In this document: in pieces, positions 29,949 to 40,701 of the stretch
Numbering within the stretch: position 1 is the first letter of the stretch
Layout of the letters: each line of letters opens with the position of its first letter
Notes under the pieces: model-generated
Databases searched by the model: none
Told to the model about the DNA's origin: nothing
Seen by the model: the letters and a program-made list of their open reading frames with translations, nothing else
Made by a program: the position numbers and the translations under genes
Assembly (NCBI GenBank): GCA_963702845.1
Contig: OY969763.1
Location: 5,440,001 to 5,504,000, forward strand
Source of the DNA: an uncultured Verrucomicrobiae bacterium
GTDB lineage: Bacteria; Verrucomicrobiota; Verrucomicrobiia; Limisphaerales; Palsa-1400
Direction of reading: 5' to 3'
Length of the DNA: 64,000 nt

Positions 29949-30125
29949 ATGAATCGCCTAAAGGTTTTTGGCTTAGCCTGCGTTCAATTGATCAAACAAG
30001 CCTGGCAACTTCCCCAGTCAATAGCGACTGCGTTCCGAGCGCGCCAGCAGGCGTTAGTGCTGGATGAACGCGAAGCCGAACGACTCGACCGGTTACGTAA
30101 CCCATCGAAGTACCTGGGGAGGTAA
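29949..30125 (+). CDS. 58-aa hypothetical protein (not in the ORF track)
   Basis: MNRLKVFGLACVQLIKQAWQLP...EREAERLDRLRNPSKYLGR*; 6 bp after the previous stop. Confidence 0.6.
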   Translation: MNRLKVFGLACVQLIKQAWQLPQSIATAFRARQQALVLDEREAERLDRLRNPSKYLGR

Positions 30126-30276
30126 TCATTTTTGATTTCACAGGGGCAAATTCCTCTTCTCATTTGTTCGCCGATTCCTTGCGTTTTAATCACACTGCGG
30201 AGTGATTGTTTTCTTTCAACTGTCCAGCAGCTGCTGAGGTGCAGCGCGTGGTCCTATAAGGACGGCGGCTCTGCGT

Positions 30277-30294
30277 ATCAGGTAAACTCCCCAT
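30277..30294 (+). promoter_or_regulatory. Regulon palindrome upstream of the receiver cluster
   Basis: ATCAGGT-AAAC-TCCCCAT. Confidence 0.5.
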
Positions 30295-30398
30295 GCGGCG
30301 TTCGGCGACTTGCCTTGCATCGAGCGGCACAATGTGCGACTCTGTGCCTGCTGCCTCGGGATCTATGTTCCGGTTATCCGGCGGTGAACACGCTTTCT

Positions 30399-30857
30399 AT
30401 GAACAAAACCCTTCTTTACGTTGAAAACGATCCCGCTGATGTCATCGTTGTCCGCAAGGCGCTCCTTGGCTCTGATATCCCTTTCAATCTCCATGTCGTC
30501 GGCGAAGGCCTCCCCGCCATGGCTTATCTGAGCGGCAAAGGGATTTATTCGGATCGCGAGAATTTTCCTCTGCCCGACGTCCTGCTGTTAAATGTCCGCC
30601 CAGAGAACAAGCGGCCCTTTGAAGTTTTGGAAGGCGTGCGCGATGAAAAGCAGTTTCGCAATCTTCCCATCCTGGTTCAGTCGAATGGCTTTCGCGCGGG
30701 GGATATCAAGGACGCGACTGACTCAGGCGCGACAGCCTGTTTTCGCAAGACGGCCGATTGCGGCAAGCTCCTCGATTTTCTGCAAGCGAAGGTTCGCACT
30801 TACGCCATGCGCGACGCTTGCGCGGCCCGCGACCGCGCGACCCGGGCCAACGCCTAA
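30399..30857 (+). CDS. Single-domain pseudo-receiver (phospho-Asp replaced by Asn)
   Basis: LLYVENDP...PDVLLLNVRP...CFRK. Confidence 0.8.
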   Translation: MNKTLLYVENDPADVIVVRKALLGSDIPFNLHVVGEGLPAMAYLSGKGIYSDRENFPLPDVLLLNVRPENKRPFEVLEGVRDEKQFRNLPILVQSNGFRAGDIKDATDSGATACFRKTADCGKLLDFLQAKVRTYAMRDACAARDRATRANA

Positions 30858-30881
30858 GTCACCCGCCCGATTTCGCTCGCA

Positions 30882-31337
30882 TCACTTGCATTTGAAGCCG
30901 GTGTCGAGAATCGGCAACTCCGCGAGCCGCCAATAACGGTCGAGCGCTTCGATCCCTTCGGACATTTCATCGACGCTCTGCGGTTTCTTGAAGACCGTGT
31001 TCACGTCGAGTTGATAGGCCTTCCTCACTTGTTCGGGCGCGGGATCATCGCTCAGCAGGATGGCAGGAATGACGTTACATATTGGATTTTTTCTCAGCCA
31101 TTGCATCACCTCGATCGCGGAGCGGACGGGCATGTCGAAATTCAAAACCAACCAACTTGGGAACGGATAGGCAAGTCGATCGCGGTATTTGCCCTTGGCC
31201 TGGAGGTATTCAATCACTTCGCCGCCGTCGAGGACGATGTGGAATCCAACGCCGCGCAATTTGAGGAAGGCAAGGTTGAAGACCTGCGCCTCTTCGACGC
31301 TTCGTTCGCCGACCAGAACAAAGACGCGCTTGTTCAT
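30882..31337 (-). CDS. Single-domain atypical receiver (degenerate acidic pocket, Asp to Asn)
   Basis: VLVGERS...PSWLVLNFDMP...VFKKP. Confidence 0.8.
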   Translation of the reverse strand: MNKRVFVLVGERSVEEAQVFNLAFLKLRGVGFHIVLDGGEVIEYLQAKGKYRDRLAYPFPSWLVLNFDMPVRSAIEVMQWLRKNPICNVIPAILLSDDPAPEQVRKAYQLDVNTVFKKPQSVDEMSEGIEALDRYWRLAELPILDTGFKCK

Positions 31338-31551
31338 GTACTGAAAGCTCGGCTTTGCTATGGGTTGCGCAAGGGGGCTGACCCAGTTTTTTCGCAGCGG
31401 CAAATGGATAATGTCGACTGCCCGATCTGAACGCGAACGGTGACAATTAAGGGCTGCGCCTGCCTTGCGCAGAATGTATTCACCGACACGAGAAACCTCG
31501 TTGCGTAAAAGCGCGCTCGGACCGACCGTTCAAGGTGGCTTGAGCCACTCT

Positions 31552-32071
31552 ATGAAAGCTCAACGTCCTGTCATTCTACTTATCGAAGACGACCGGAACG
31601 ACCAGCTTTTGATTGAACACGCATTCAGGAGCATTGGCGTTGAAATGCCCATTCGCATCGTTGACAACGGACAGCAAGCGCTCGATTACTTGAACGGCGA
31701 TGGCAAATATCAGGATCGTGAGCGCTTCCCTTTTCCCACCACCATCATCACCGATTTGAAGATGCCGAAATTAGACGGGTTTGGGGTGCTGGAACGGCTG
31801 AAAGACAATCCGCACTGAGCTGTTATTCCGACGGTCGTCCTGTCCGCCTCGGCGGAATCTCGACGACATCAAGAAAGCCTACATGCTGGGCGCGTCGGCT
31901 TTTCACACCAAGCCGAACGAGACCGACGATTTGCGCGAGCTGCTGAGACGGTTCCACGATTATTGGTGCACAGTTGAAGTCCCGGAGTCCGACGTGCACG
32001 GCGAAATGCTCCATACGGAGGCCGCTGGCAAACTCGGCGAGCGATTCGAGCAGGAGAAGTATCGCGCTTAA
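31552..32071 (+). pseudogene. Single-domain receiver paralogous to 3500-4018, interrupted by TGA at 31816 and a +1 frameshift near 31856
   Basis: MKAQRPVILLIEDD...ITDLKMP...NPH*AVIPTVVLSASA/DLDDIKKAYMLGASAFHTKP...GKLGERF; could be an assembly artefact. Confidence 0.65.
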
Positions 32072-32279
32072 TTCGTCGTGGCCGTCCAGCGGCGGGTCTG
32101 CATGTGACACTTCGCTCCGTGTGAGGAACCATCAGGTTTCTCACATAAAAATCCAGCCAAACACCACTACGCGATTTCCAGCAAATGCCCGAAACGATAT
32201 AGCTTCGTCGGCGCGCGCACGGGGAGTATTTGTTGATAGCCAACTGGAGGAGAGAAGCGGTTGAGCCGAGGGACTAATA

Positions 32280-32747
32280 ATGACAGCTAGTGCCGATAGA
32301 GAAAGATTTCCAATCGCTAACGCGACGCTGAAATGCGTTCTCTTCGTTGAGGACAGCGACGACGATTATGTCGTCGCCTGGCATGAGCTCAAGAAAATCA
32401 AGCTATGCAACCCCGTTCGCCGTGTCCGCACTGTGGAGGAATTGTTCGATTATCTCGACGGCATGGTCGAGTACCACGACGGCAAAATATACCTGGTGCC
32501 CGCCGCGATCATTCTCGATATGCGCCTACCAGGCATAGATGGTTTGCAAGTCCAGGCCATGCTGCGCACGAACATGAAATACCGGAACATTCCGATCATA
32601 CCCATCAGCGGCCCTGAACGCATGACCGTGCTCAAGACTGCGCTCGAGCTCGGCGCTGACGCCTACCTGGTCAAACCAATTAACGGAGTGAGCTTCAAAT
32701 ACGTCGCCAGCAAGATCAGCCTGCCGCTCCAGTTCTCCGAGGCTTGA
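32280..32747 (+). CDS. Single-domain response regulator
   Basis: LFVEDS...IILDMRLPGIDG...YLVKP. Confidence 0.9.
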   Translation: MTASADRERFPIANATLKCVLFVEDSDDDYVVAWHELKKIKLCNPVRRVRTVEELFDYLDGMVEYHDGKIYLVPAAIILDMRLPGIDGLQVQAMLRTNMKYRNIPIIPISGPERMTVLKTALELGADAYLVKPINGVSFKYVASKISLPLQFSEA

Positions 32748-32878
32748 ATAGTCCTCTGAACAAAGGGTTTAATCTGCGCCAGTGATTTGCTGATTCTGTC
32801 AAAAACATTTTGCCCCTATAGACAAAACTTTCTTTCTCGCTAGGATGGCACCTTCCAATCCGTTCAGTCCGAACTTGT

Positions 32879-33370
32879 ATGGCTCCCCAAAAGAAACAAG
32901 TCGCTGCGCCAGTCGTTCTCTACGCCGAAGACGACCCGAATAACGTCCTTCTCCTCCAACACGCCCTCAAACGACTCACGGGCCGGCTTGATTTGCGCAT
33001 CATCAACAACGGTGACGAAGCCATCGCCTGGCTCGCCGGGCACGGTCTTTACGCCGTGCGCAAAGTTTATCCCATGCCAGCGCTGGTCATTACTGACCTG
33101 AAGATGCCGTGCAAAACTGGCTTCGACGTGCTGCGTTGGGTGCGCACCCAACCGATAAACCAACAAGTGCCCATGGTCGTGCACAGCAGTTCCATGCAGG
33201 CCGACGACGTCCTTCTTGCCCGGGCAGTCGGGGCGACGGATTACTTCGTCAAGACGCCCGATTGCGAGCCGTTGCTCGCCTTTTTGGGAAAACATTTCAA
33301 CTGCGTTACACATCCGCCTGCTCACGTTCCCAAACGCCCCAGCTCGGCTCCGCCTGTTCTGCGGGTTTAG
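32879..33370 (+). CDS. Single-domain response regulator
   Basis: LYAEDDP...VITDLKMPCKTG...YFVKT. Confidence 0.9.
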   Translation: MAPQKKQVAAPVVLYAEDDPNNVLLLQHALKRLTGRLDLRIINNGDEAIAWLAGHGLYAVRKVYPMPALVITDLKMPCKTGFDVLRWVRTQPINQQVPMVVHSSSMQADDVLLARAVGATDYFVKTPDCEPLLAFLGKHFNCVTHPPAHVPKRPSSAPPVLRV

Positions 33371-33479
33371 CCGACAAAAACATTGCACGCTAGAGGTCGC
33401 CAAATGGATTTTATAGTGTATAAAGAATTGGCTCTGGTTCTTTGACGCATATTCCCGGTGCCGAAATAGAACAACTATT

Positions 33480-34160
33480 ATGAGCACACCCATCATTTCC
33501 AAAGACCTCAGCAAACGCGCCCCCAAGAGCCCGCGCGAACGCATCGGCGGCTTCGTCATCGCAGGCCGCGCCATCGACAAATGCCGCGCCAGCCTCGACG
33601 GAACGCTCGGCAACTATCATTTCGATTGCCTGTTGGATAACGTTCTTTTCCGTTTCAAAGGCATCACCGCCGACCAATTCAAATCCGCCGTCGCCGCCGC
33701 GAAAACTTATGAAGAAGTCGCCGATTGGCTGCACGCCAACGGCACCAGCAGAACACCAGAGGAAATCAAAGCGTGGTCCGACGAGACTGAAGCTTCCAGC
33801 CTGATGAAAGACCCGGAGAAGCGCGCGTATTTCATCGAGAGTTGCTCCAGGCTGATGATGAATCCTGAAATGAACACGACGTTCGATTGGCTCGAAGCCG
33901 ACGACGCGCGCACATCCTGGCCAACCACTCCAGAAATACCGGTATCTGTTTCGAGAGCCACCGCGACCTTGCCCCCAGCCACTGGCGACCAGAACATGCA
34001 AGCGCCCGTTCCCAATTCCATGGGAGCACCGGTCTTTGGGCAACCGCGGCAAGGCATGGGTCAGCAACAAGGCCCCCGACCCAATAGACGGGGCCACAAA
34101 TCGCGCCACCCGCGTCACGACCGTCAGGCGAACTCGCGCACCCAATCGCGCGGCCGCTAG
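33480..34160 (+). CDS. DUF5069-domain protein with a disordered basic tail
   Basis: DLSKRAPKSPRERIGG...RAIDKCRA...YHFDCLLD. Confidence 0.8.
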   Translation: MSTPIISKDLSKRAPKSPRERIGGFVIAGRAIDKCRASLDGTLGNYHFDCLLDNVLFRFKGITADQFKSAVAAAKTYEEVADWLHANGTSRTPEEIKAWSDETEASSLMKDPEKRAYFIESCSRLMMNPEMNTTFDWLEADDARTSWPTTPEIPVSVSRATATLPPATGDQNMQAPVPNSMGAPVFGQPRQGMGQQQGPRPNRRGHKSRHPRHDRQANSRTQSRGR

Positions 34161-34270
34161 CAATCAATTCCGTTTAAAACCTAAAAGGTTTACGTAAGCA
34201 GTCGAGTTGTTCTCTCGGTGCTTTTGCACAGGGGGAACCATCTTCACAATCACACGCCCCCTCCCGCAGT

Positions 34271-34298
34271 CGTAACACAATTGTCACAGAACTGTTCT
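34271..34298 (+). promoter_or_regulatory. Pho-box-like 11-bp direct repeats
   Basis: cGTAACacaatTGTCACagaacTGTTCT upstream of pstS. Confidence 0.65.
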
Positions 34299-34375
34299 TT
34301 CAAAGTCATGCGCGTGGGTTACAGGTAAATTGAGCGGAGAAACAGCGGTCTGACTCACGAAACCAAAGACACGAC

Positions 34376-35394
34376 ATGAAAACAACGACTCTAAAAACGC
34401 TCATCGGCGGCACACTCGCTTTGGTCACCACCTTCACTGGGTCAGCTCAACTGCTGATCAACGGCGCGGGCGCAACGTTTCCTTATCCCATTTATTCCAA
34501 ATGGTTCGATGAATACAGCAAGGTCGATCCGTCCGTCCGGTTTAACTACCAGTCGATCGGCTCCGGTGGCGGGCAAAAACAAATTCTCGAACAGACCGTC
34601 GACTTCGGCGCCTCAGATGGTCCGATGAGCGACGCGAATCTGGCCAAAGCGACCTCCAAATTGCTTCATATTCCGACAGTCGCCGGTGCCGTCGTCATCA
34701 CCTACAACCTGCCCGGGGCGCCGAAGCTGAAGCTCGACGGCCCAACCATTGCTGCAGTCTTCACGGGGGATATTTCGAAGTGGAACGATTCGAAAATCGC
34801 GTCGCTCAACCCCGACGTGAAGTTACCGAACCTCGACATCGTTGTCGTTCATCGCTCCGACGGCAGCGGAACCAGCTATATCTTCACGGACTATCTGAGC
34901 AGCGTTAGCCCCGATTGGGCCAAGCGCGTCGGCAAAAACACATCGGTCAAATGGCCGACGGGTCTCGGTGCGAAAGGGAATGAAGGCGTCGCCGGCCAGG
35001 TAAAACAACTCGAAGGCGCGATCGGCTATATCGAACTGGCCTACGCCCACCAAAATAAATTGCCCTTTGCTGATTTGAAAAACGCAGCGGGCAAAACGAT
35101 ATCGCCTTCGCTCGAATCAATCACGGAAGCGCTGGCGAACGCGCAAAATTCCGGATGACTTCCGATTTTCGATCGTCAATGCGCCCGGCGAAAACGCATA
35201 TCCGATTGCTGGCGCAACCTGGCTTCTGGTCTATCAAGCAGCAGAAGGACGCGACCAAAGGTCAGAAGCTGGTCGAATTCCTGAATTGGGCTTTGACGAA
35301 AGGTGAGACCCAAGCCGCAACTCTCGATTATGCGCCCATGCCGGATTCATTGCGTGAACGTGTTTTGGAGAGAGTTAAAACGATCAAGTATTAG
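34376..35394 (+). CDS. pstS: Phosphate-binding protein (frameshifts near 35145-35240, likely errors)
   Basis: GAGATFPYP, YQSIGSGGG, HRSDGSGTS, GAKGNEGV. Confidence 0.92.
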
Positions 35395-35438
35395 TTTACA
35401 GGCTAGTCACCATCTGGCCTGCAAAGTAAAAGAAACCC

Positions 35439-36416
35439 GTGAACCAATCTGCTGCCACTCCCGGTATTGCTGTCCGGCCTGAGACGTTCTCGGGCCGGCA
35501 TTTTGGCGACCGCGCGTTCAAATGGCTGACGCTTGCGATGGCAGTTTCGGTTTTTGTGTTGGTCGTCGCTGATTGGTTTCGAGTTGGCCAAAGGCTCGCA
35601 CCTGACATTGAAAAAGTTCGGGTGGACGTTTCCTGGGTGGATCGAATTGGGATCCGGTGAACGAAGAGTTCGGTGCGCTGCCGTTTATTTTCGGCACCCT
35701 CGTTTCATCTGCCATCGCGCTCATCATCGCCGTGCCTCTCAGCATCGCCACCGCAGTTTTTCTCACCGAACTAGCGCCCCGCTGGCTGCGCAAACCGCTG
35801 ACGATTTTCATCGAGTTGCTTGCGGCCGTTCCGAGCGTGATTCTCGGTTTGTGGGGAATTTTTGTGATGGTGCCGTGGTTGCGCGAACACTTGTTCCCGG
35901 TGCTTCGAAACACGTTCGGGTTTCTGCCCTTTTTCAAAGGCCCGATTTACGGCGTCAGCATGTTGGCCGGCGGCATCATCGTCGCGATCATGATTCTGCC
36001 GATCATCACTTCCGTATCGCGCGAAATCCTTCGTTCGGTGCCGGATCTGCAGCGCGAAGCCGCCTACGCGCTCGGCGCGAACGCGTTGGGAAGTCACGCG
36101 CATCGCCGTCCTGAGTTACGCGAAGAAAGGTTTGTTTGGCGCGGTGATCTTGGGTCTCGGCCGCGCGCTTGGTGAAACGATGGCCGTCACGATGGTCATC
36201 GGAAATCGTCCCGAAATCGCCAAGTCCTTGTTTGCGCCGGGCTACACTTTGGCCAGCGTCATCGCCAACGAATTTACCGAAGCGACTTCGGAAATGTATT
36301 TGAGCGCGCTGTTTGAAATTGGATTGGTGCTGCTTGCCGTCACCGTGCTGGTCAACGCCATCGCGCAGCTTTTGTTGAAAACATTTGGTGGCACATCCCC
36401 ATCGTCGCGCTCGTGA
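35439..36416 (+). CDS. pstC: Phosphate ABC permease (several frameshifts)
   Basis: FGALPFIFGTL, IELLAAVPSVILGLWG, GRALGETMAVTMVIG. Confidence 0.9.
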
Positions 36417-36417
36417 A

Positions 36418-37270
36418 ATGAACAACGCAAATCACCATTGGCGAAAGACGAAGAATGCTGCGATGCAGGTCTGACATTATGCTGCGCCCTCGCCGTGGTA
36501 GCGCCGTTGGCGTTGATTTTTTTCCATCTGCTGAAGTCAGGCATCGGCGCGTTGAACCTGGAATTTTTCACTCACCTTCCCAAGCCCGTTGGAGAAATCG
36601 GTGGCGGCATGGCCAACGCGATTGTCGGCTCATGCGAATTGTTGTTGCTGGCGGCGCTGTTTCGGTGTGCCTGTTGGCGTGCTTGGCGGAATTTTTTTAT
36701 CGGAATACGGCGGTTCCAAACTGAACTGGTGGATTCGATTCGTGGCGGACATTTTGAACGGCGTGCCTTCGATCATTTGGGGAATCTTCGTTTACGCCCT
36801 GCATCGTCGTTCCGGCAAAAGGATTTTCGGCGCTGGCGGGTGGAGTTGTGCTCGGGTTAATGATGATTCCGTTGATCATGCGCACGACCGAAGAGGTCCT
36901 GCGCCTCGTGCCGAATGGATATCGCGAAGCGGCGCTGGCGCTGGGGATCGCGCAATGGCGTGTCATTGTGCAAATCATCGTCCGCACCGCACTGAAAGGA
37001 ATTGTCACCGGCATCCTGCTCGCGCTCGCTCGTGTGGCCGGCGAAACTGCGCCCCTGTTATTCACCGCCTTCGGCAACCGTTTCTGGAACAACCATCTCA
37101 CCGATCCCATCGCCGCACTGCCGTTGCAGATTTTCACCTATGCGATTTCGCCGTATGAAGATTGGCATCGACAAGCATGGGCGGGCGCGCTTGTGTTGCT
37201 GTTGATGGTTACTTTGCTCAGTGCCACCGTGCGGGTGCTGACGCGGGATCGTTTTGCAGAGCAAAAGTGA
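36418..37270 (+). CDS. pstA: Phosphate ABC permease (several frameshifts)
   Basis: [33 protein letters not shown]. Confidence 0.9.
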
Positions 37271-37277
37271 GCACGCC

Positions 37278-38129
37278 ATGACCGCCATCGAAGAAACCAG
37301 ATCAACCGCAATGAGAGTCGTTGTTACACCGGCGTCAAAACCTGAATCGAAGTCGGACCAGCCAGCTCTGGCAAAGTCTGCTTTTTCGATCAAAAATCTT
37401 TCGGTGTTATTCAACGACCAGCCGGTGTTGAAAAAAGTCTCGATCGACATCCGCGCAAATGCAGTCACCGCAATCATCGGTCCAAGCGGCTGCGGTAAGT
37501 CCACGTTCCTACGCGCACTCAATCGCATGCACGAACTGTCGCCGAACGCTCGCATGGAGGGCGATATTTTATTATTTGGCGAGAACATCTATTCGCCGAA
37601 AATCGAACCGGTGATGGTGCGGCGTCGCGTTGGGATGGTGTTTCAGAAATCGAATCCGTTCCCGACCATGTCCATCGCCGACAATGTCACGGTAGGCCTT
37701 CGCCTCAACGGCATGCGCGATCGTTCGATGCTCAATGCGCGGATGGAAGAGTCGTTGAAAATGTCGGCGTTGTGGGACGAAGTGAAAGATCGATTGGACG
37801 CCCCAGCGGTCAGCCTTTCAGGCGGCCAACAACAGCGGCTGTGCATTGCGCGCGCTTTGGCGGTGCGTCCCGAAGTGCTGCTGATGGACGAACCGGCGTC
37901 CGCTCTGGACCCACTCGCGACCTCTAAAATAGAGGACTTGATCATCGAACTGAAAAAGCAGTTCACGATCGTGATCGTCACGCACAACATGCAACAGGCG
38001 GCGCGCATTTCCGATTCCACGGCATTTTTCTATCTCGGTGAGTTGATCGAATACGATAAGACCGACAAAATGTTTACGAACCCCTCCAAAAAACAAACCG
38101 AAGATTACGTCACGGGCCGATTCGGCTAA
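37278..38129 (+). CDS. pstB: Phosphate ABC ATPase
   Basis: [32 protein letters not shown]. Confidence 0.96.
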   Translation: MTAIEETRSTAMRVVVTPASKPESKSDQPALAKSAFSIKNLSVLFNDQPVLKKVSIDIRANAVTAIIGPSGCGKSTFLRALNRMHELSPNARMEGDILLFGENIYSPKIEPVMVRRRVGMVFQKSNPFPTMSIADNVTVGLRLNGMRDRSMLNARMEESLKMSALWDEVKDRLDAPAVSLSGGQQQRLCIARALAVRPEVLLMDEPASALDPLATSKIEDLIIELKKQFTIVIVTHNMQQAARISDSTAFFYLGELIEYDKTDKMFTNPSKKQTEDYVTGRFG

Positions 38130-38137
38130 AAAGCTCT

Positions 38138-38794
38138 ATGCAACACCTCGACCAGGAAATTGCCCTGCTCAAACAACGGCTGCTCACGATGGCGAGCAAT
38201 GCCGAGTTCGCGGTCATCAACGCCGTCAAAGCATTGGTGGAACACAGCGATGATCTCGCGCGAGGCGTCCAGGAAAAAGACAGCGTCGTTGACCTTCTCG
38301 AAGTTGAGATCGACGAAATGGCCGTGCAACTGTTGTCAAAAGCGCCCCTGGCTTCCGACCTTCGGTTCATCATCGTCGCGAGCAAGATTGCGCAGAACCT
38401 CGAACGCGTTGCCGACGAAGCGACCACGATCGCCCGTCGCACTTTGGAACTGAACCAGGAACCGCAGCTCAAGGAATATATCGATATCCCGCGCATGGCC
38501 GAGATTGCGTTGGACATGTTGAAAGTGGCACTCGACGCCTTCGTGAATCGCGAGCCGGAAAAAGCGCGCACCGTCATCCCACGCGACAAGCAGGTCGATC
38601 AAATTCACAAACAATTCCAACGCGAATTGGCCAGCTACATGATTGAAAACCCCAAGAATATCACGCGCTGCCTGAACCTGATGGTCGTCTCGAAAAGTCT
38701 CGAGCGCATCGCCGACCATGCGACGAACATCGCCGAAGAGGTAGTTTATCTCTGCGAAGCCGAAGACATCCGTTACCCCAGGCAGACCCAATGA
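38138..38794 (+). CDS. phoU: Phosphate signalling complex protein
   Basis: Two PhoU repeats; LERVADEA and LERIADHATNIAE. Confidence 0.95.
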   Translation: MQHLDQEIALLKQRLLTMASNAEFAVINAVKALVEHSDDLARGVQEKDSVVDLLEVEIDEMAVQLLSKAPLASDLRFIIVASKIAQNLERVADEATTIARRTLELNQEPQLKEYIDIPRMAEIALDMLKVALDAFVNREPEKARTVIPRDKQVDQIHKQFQRELASYMIENPKNITRCLNLMVVSKSLERIADHATNIAEEVVYLCEAEDIRYPRQTQ

Positions 38795-39471
38795 GCCGAA
38801 CGATCCTGATTGTTGATGACGAGCCGGATGCTCTTGAACTGGTTGCCTACAACCTCAAACAAGCTGGTTACAACGTCGTGGCCGCGAAAGATGGAGCGGA
38901 AGCGTTGGAGAAAGTGAGAAGCACCGCCCCCGACCTGATCGTGCTCGACGTCATGCTGCCGGAGATGGATGGGTTTGCCCTGTGCAGGGTTTTTAAGGGG
39001 GCTCCAGTCACGGCGGGTATTCCAATAATCATGCTCACCGCAAAAGCAGCCGAGATCGATCGCGTCCTGGGACTCGAACTCGGTGCTGACGATTACGTCA
39101 CGAAACCCTTTAGTCCGCGCGAGCTGCTGCTGCGCGTGAAAAAATTGTTACAGCGCAGCGCGGGTGGCGACAGTGGAGATCAATACAGATTCAGTAAACT
39201 CGTCATCGACGTCCCGCGCCACCTTGTCACGGTTGAGCGTCAAAAAGTCGAACTCACCGCAACAGAATTCAAGTTGTTGCTCTACTTGATCGAAGCGCGC
39301 GGCGCGGTCCGCACGCGTGAGCAGCTTCTCACACAGGTTTGGAACTACGAAAAATACGTCGACACGCGCACGGTGGATACGCACATGCGCCGGCTGCGCG
39401 ACAAACTCGGAGCCGCTGCGCAATATATTCAGACCACCCGCGGGGTCGGTTATCGCTTCGTGACTGAATGA
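38791..39471 (+). CDS. phoB: OmpR-family response regulator of the pho regulon
   Basis: REC plus winged helix (RTVDTHMRRLR); operon context. Confidence 0.9.
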   Translation: MSRTILIVDDEPDALELVAYNLKQAGYNVVAAKDGAEALEKVRSTAPDLIVLDVMLPEMDGFALCRVFKGAPVTAGIPIIMLTAKAAEIDRVLGLELGADDYVTKPFSPRELLLRVKKLLQRSAGGDSGDQYRFSKLVIDVPRHLVTVERQKVELTATEFKLLLYLIEARGAVRTREQLLTQVWNYEKYVDTRTVDTHMRRLRDKLGAAAQYIQTTRGVGYRFVTE

Positions 39472-40646
39472 TGTGGCCACTCGCAACATGTCTCGCGCTC
39501 GCTTTGGCGTTCGTGATCTATCTCCGCGAACGGCGAAGAACGCGCGACCTTCAACGCAGTCACGAAAAGCAACTCGCTACGTTGCGCGAGCAACACAAGA
39601 GCACGATCGACAAAATCCAGGCCCAGCAAAAGGCGCTCCTTAACAGCATGACTGATGGGTTGCTCGTGCTCGACGACCGAGGTGCCATTCAGATCACCAA
39701 CCGGGCTCTTCACGAATTTTTTACCGTTGCCGACGGCCTCGCTGGAAAAACTGTCTTGGAAGCATTTCGCCTCCACGAACTCGCCGAGATTGTCGATCGC
39801 CTCAAATCGCAATCACAGGTTCTGGATTACGAGGTAGAAGTTCCCGGCCTAAAGAGCCGTTGGGTTTACGTCAATGCCGCGACGATCGTTGGCGATCACA
39901 ATGAGCACTTGGGCGCGGTGCTTATCTTTCATGACGTTACGCGCCTGAAAACTCTGGAAAACACGCGTCGCGAATTCGTCGCCAATGTCAGTCACGAACT
40001 GCGCACGCCTCTGTCCATGATCAAGGGCTTTGCTGAAACATTGCTCGGCGGCGCGATGCAGGATCCTGAAGTTTCCACCAAATTCCTGCAAACCATCGAA
40101 AAACATGCCGACCGCCTTGCGCACCTGATCGAAGACCTCCTCACCATTTCCGAATTAGAGAGCGGCGACACCAGCCTGAGCATGCGTCCTGTGCATATCG
40201 TGCAACTGGTCGATGCTGTGTTCGACGACCTGCGCTCGCGCGCAGCCGTTCAGGAGATTGAATTGCGAAACGAGGTGAGTCCGGAAACCATTGTGGAAGG
40301 TGACAACGATCGGCTGAAACAAGTTTTTTGGAACCTTATCGAAAACGCAGTCAAATACGGAAAAAAAGGAGGGCAAGTCGCCGTCGCGACACAACCCGAT
40401 GACAATCAATTTATCCGCGTGATGGTGAGCGATAACGGTCGCGGCATTCCTGCGGACGCTCTGCCGAGAATATTCGAGCGGTTCTATCGCGTTGACAAAG
40501 CGCGCTCACGGGAAAGCGGCGGAACAGGCCTGGGACTCGCCATCGTCAAACACATTGTGCAAAGCCATGGCGGAAAAGTCTGGGCTGAGAGCGCAGTTGG
40601 TTGCGGTACAACATTTTGTTTCACTATCAGGGTTAGCCCTAATTGA
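39468..40646 (+). CDS. phoR: Phosphate regulon sensor kinase
   Basis: TM, PAS, EFVANVSHELRTPL, FYRVDKARSRESGGTGLGL. Confidence 0.92.
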   Translation: MMWPLATCLALALAFVIYLRERRRTRDLQRSHEKQLATLREQHKSTIDKIQAQQKALLNSMTDGLLVLDDRGAIQITNRALHEFFTVADGLAGKTVLEAFRLHELAEIVDRLKSQSQVLDYEVEVPGLKSRWVYVNAATIVGDHNEHLGAVLIFHDVTRLKTLENTRREFVANVSHELRTPLSMIKGFAETLLGGAMQDPEVSTKFLQTIEKHADRLAHLIEDLLTISELESGDTSLSMRPVHIVQLVDAVFDDLRSRAAVQEIELRNEVSPETIVEGDNDRLKQVFWNLIENAVKYGKKGGQVAVATQPDDNQFIRVMVSDNGRGIPADALPRIFERFYRVDKARSRESGGTGLGLAIVKHIVQSHGGKVWAESAVGCGTTFCFTIRVSPN

Positions 40647-40701
40647 CATCAGGTCGTGAAAACCTTTAAATAACACCGAATCCAGAAGTCTTGTGCACGT
40701 C

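Noticed and set aside
31816..31818. TGA read as Trp (alternative genetic code)
   Set aside because: It aligns with a Trp in the paralogue, but many intact genes here end in TGA and use TGG for Trp, so it is a point mutation or error.
34376..37270. pstS, pstC and pstA as pseudogenes or programmed frameshifts
   Set aside because: Scattered single-base indels in otherwise well-conserved genes, seen also near 22200, at 54126-54241 and at 60.3-64 kb, are best explained as long-read consensus errors.
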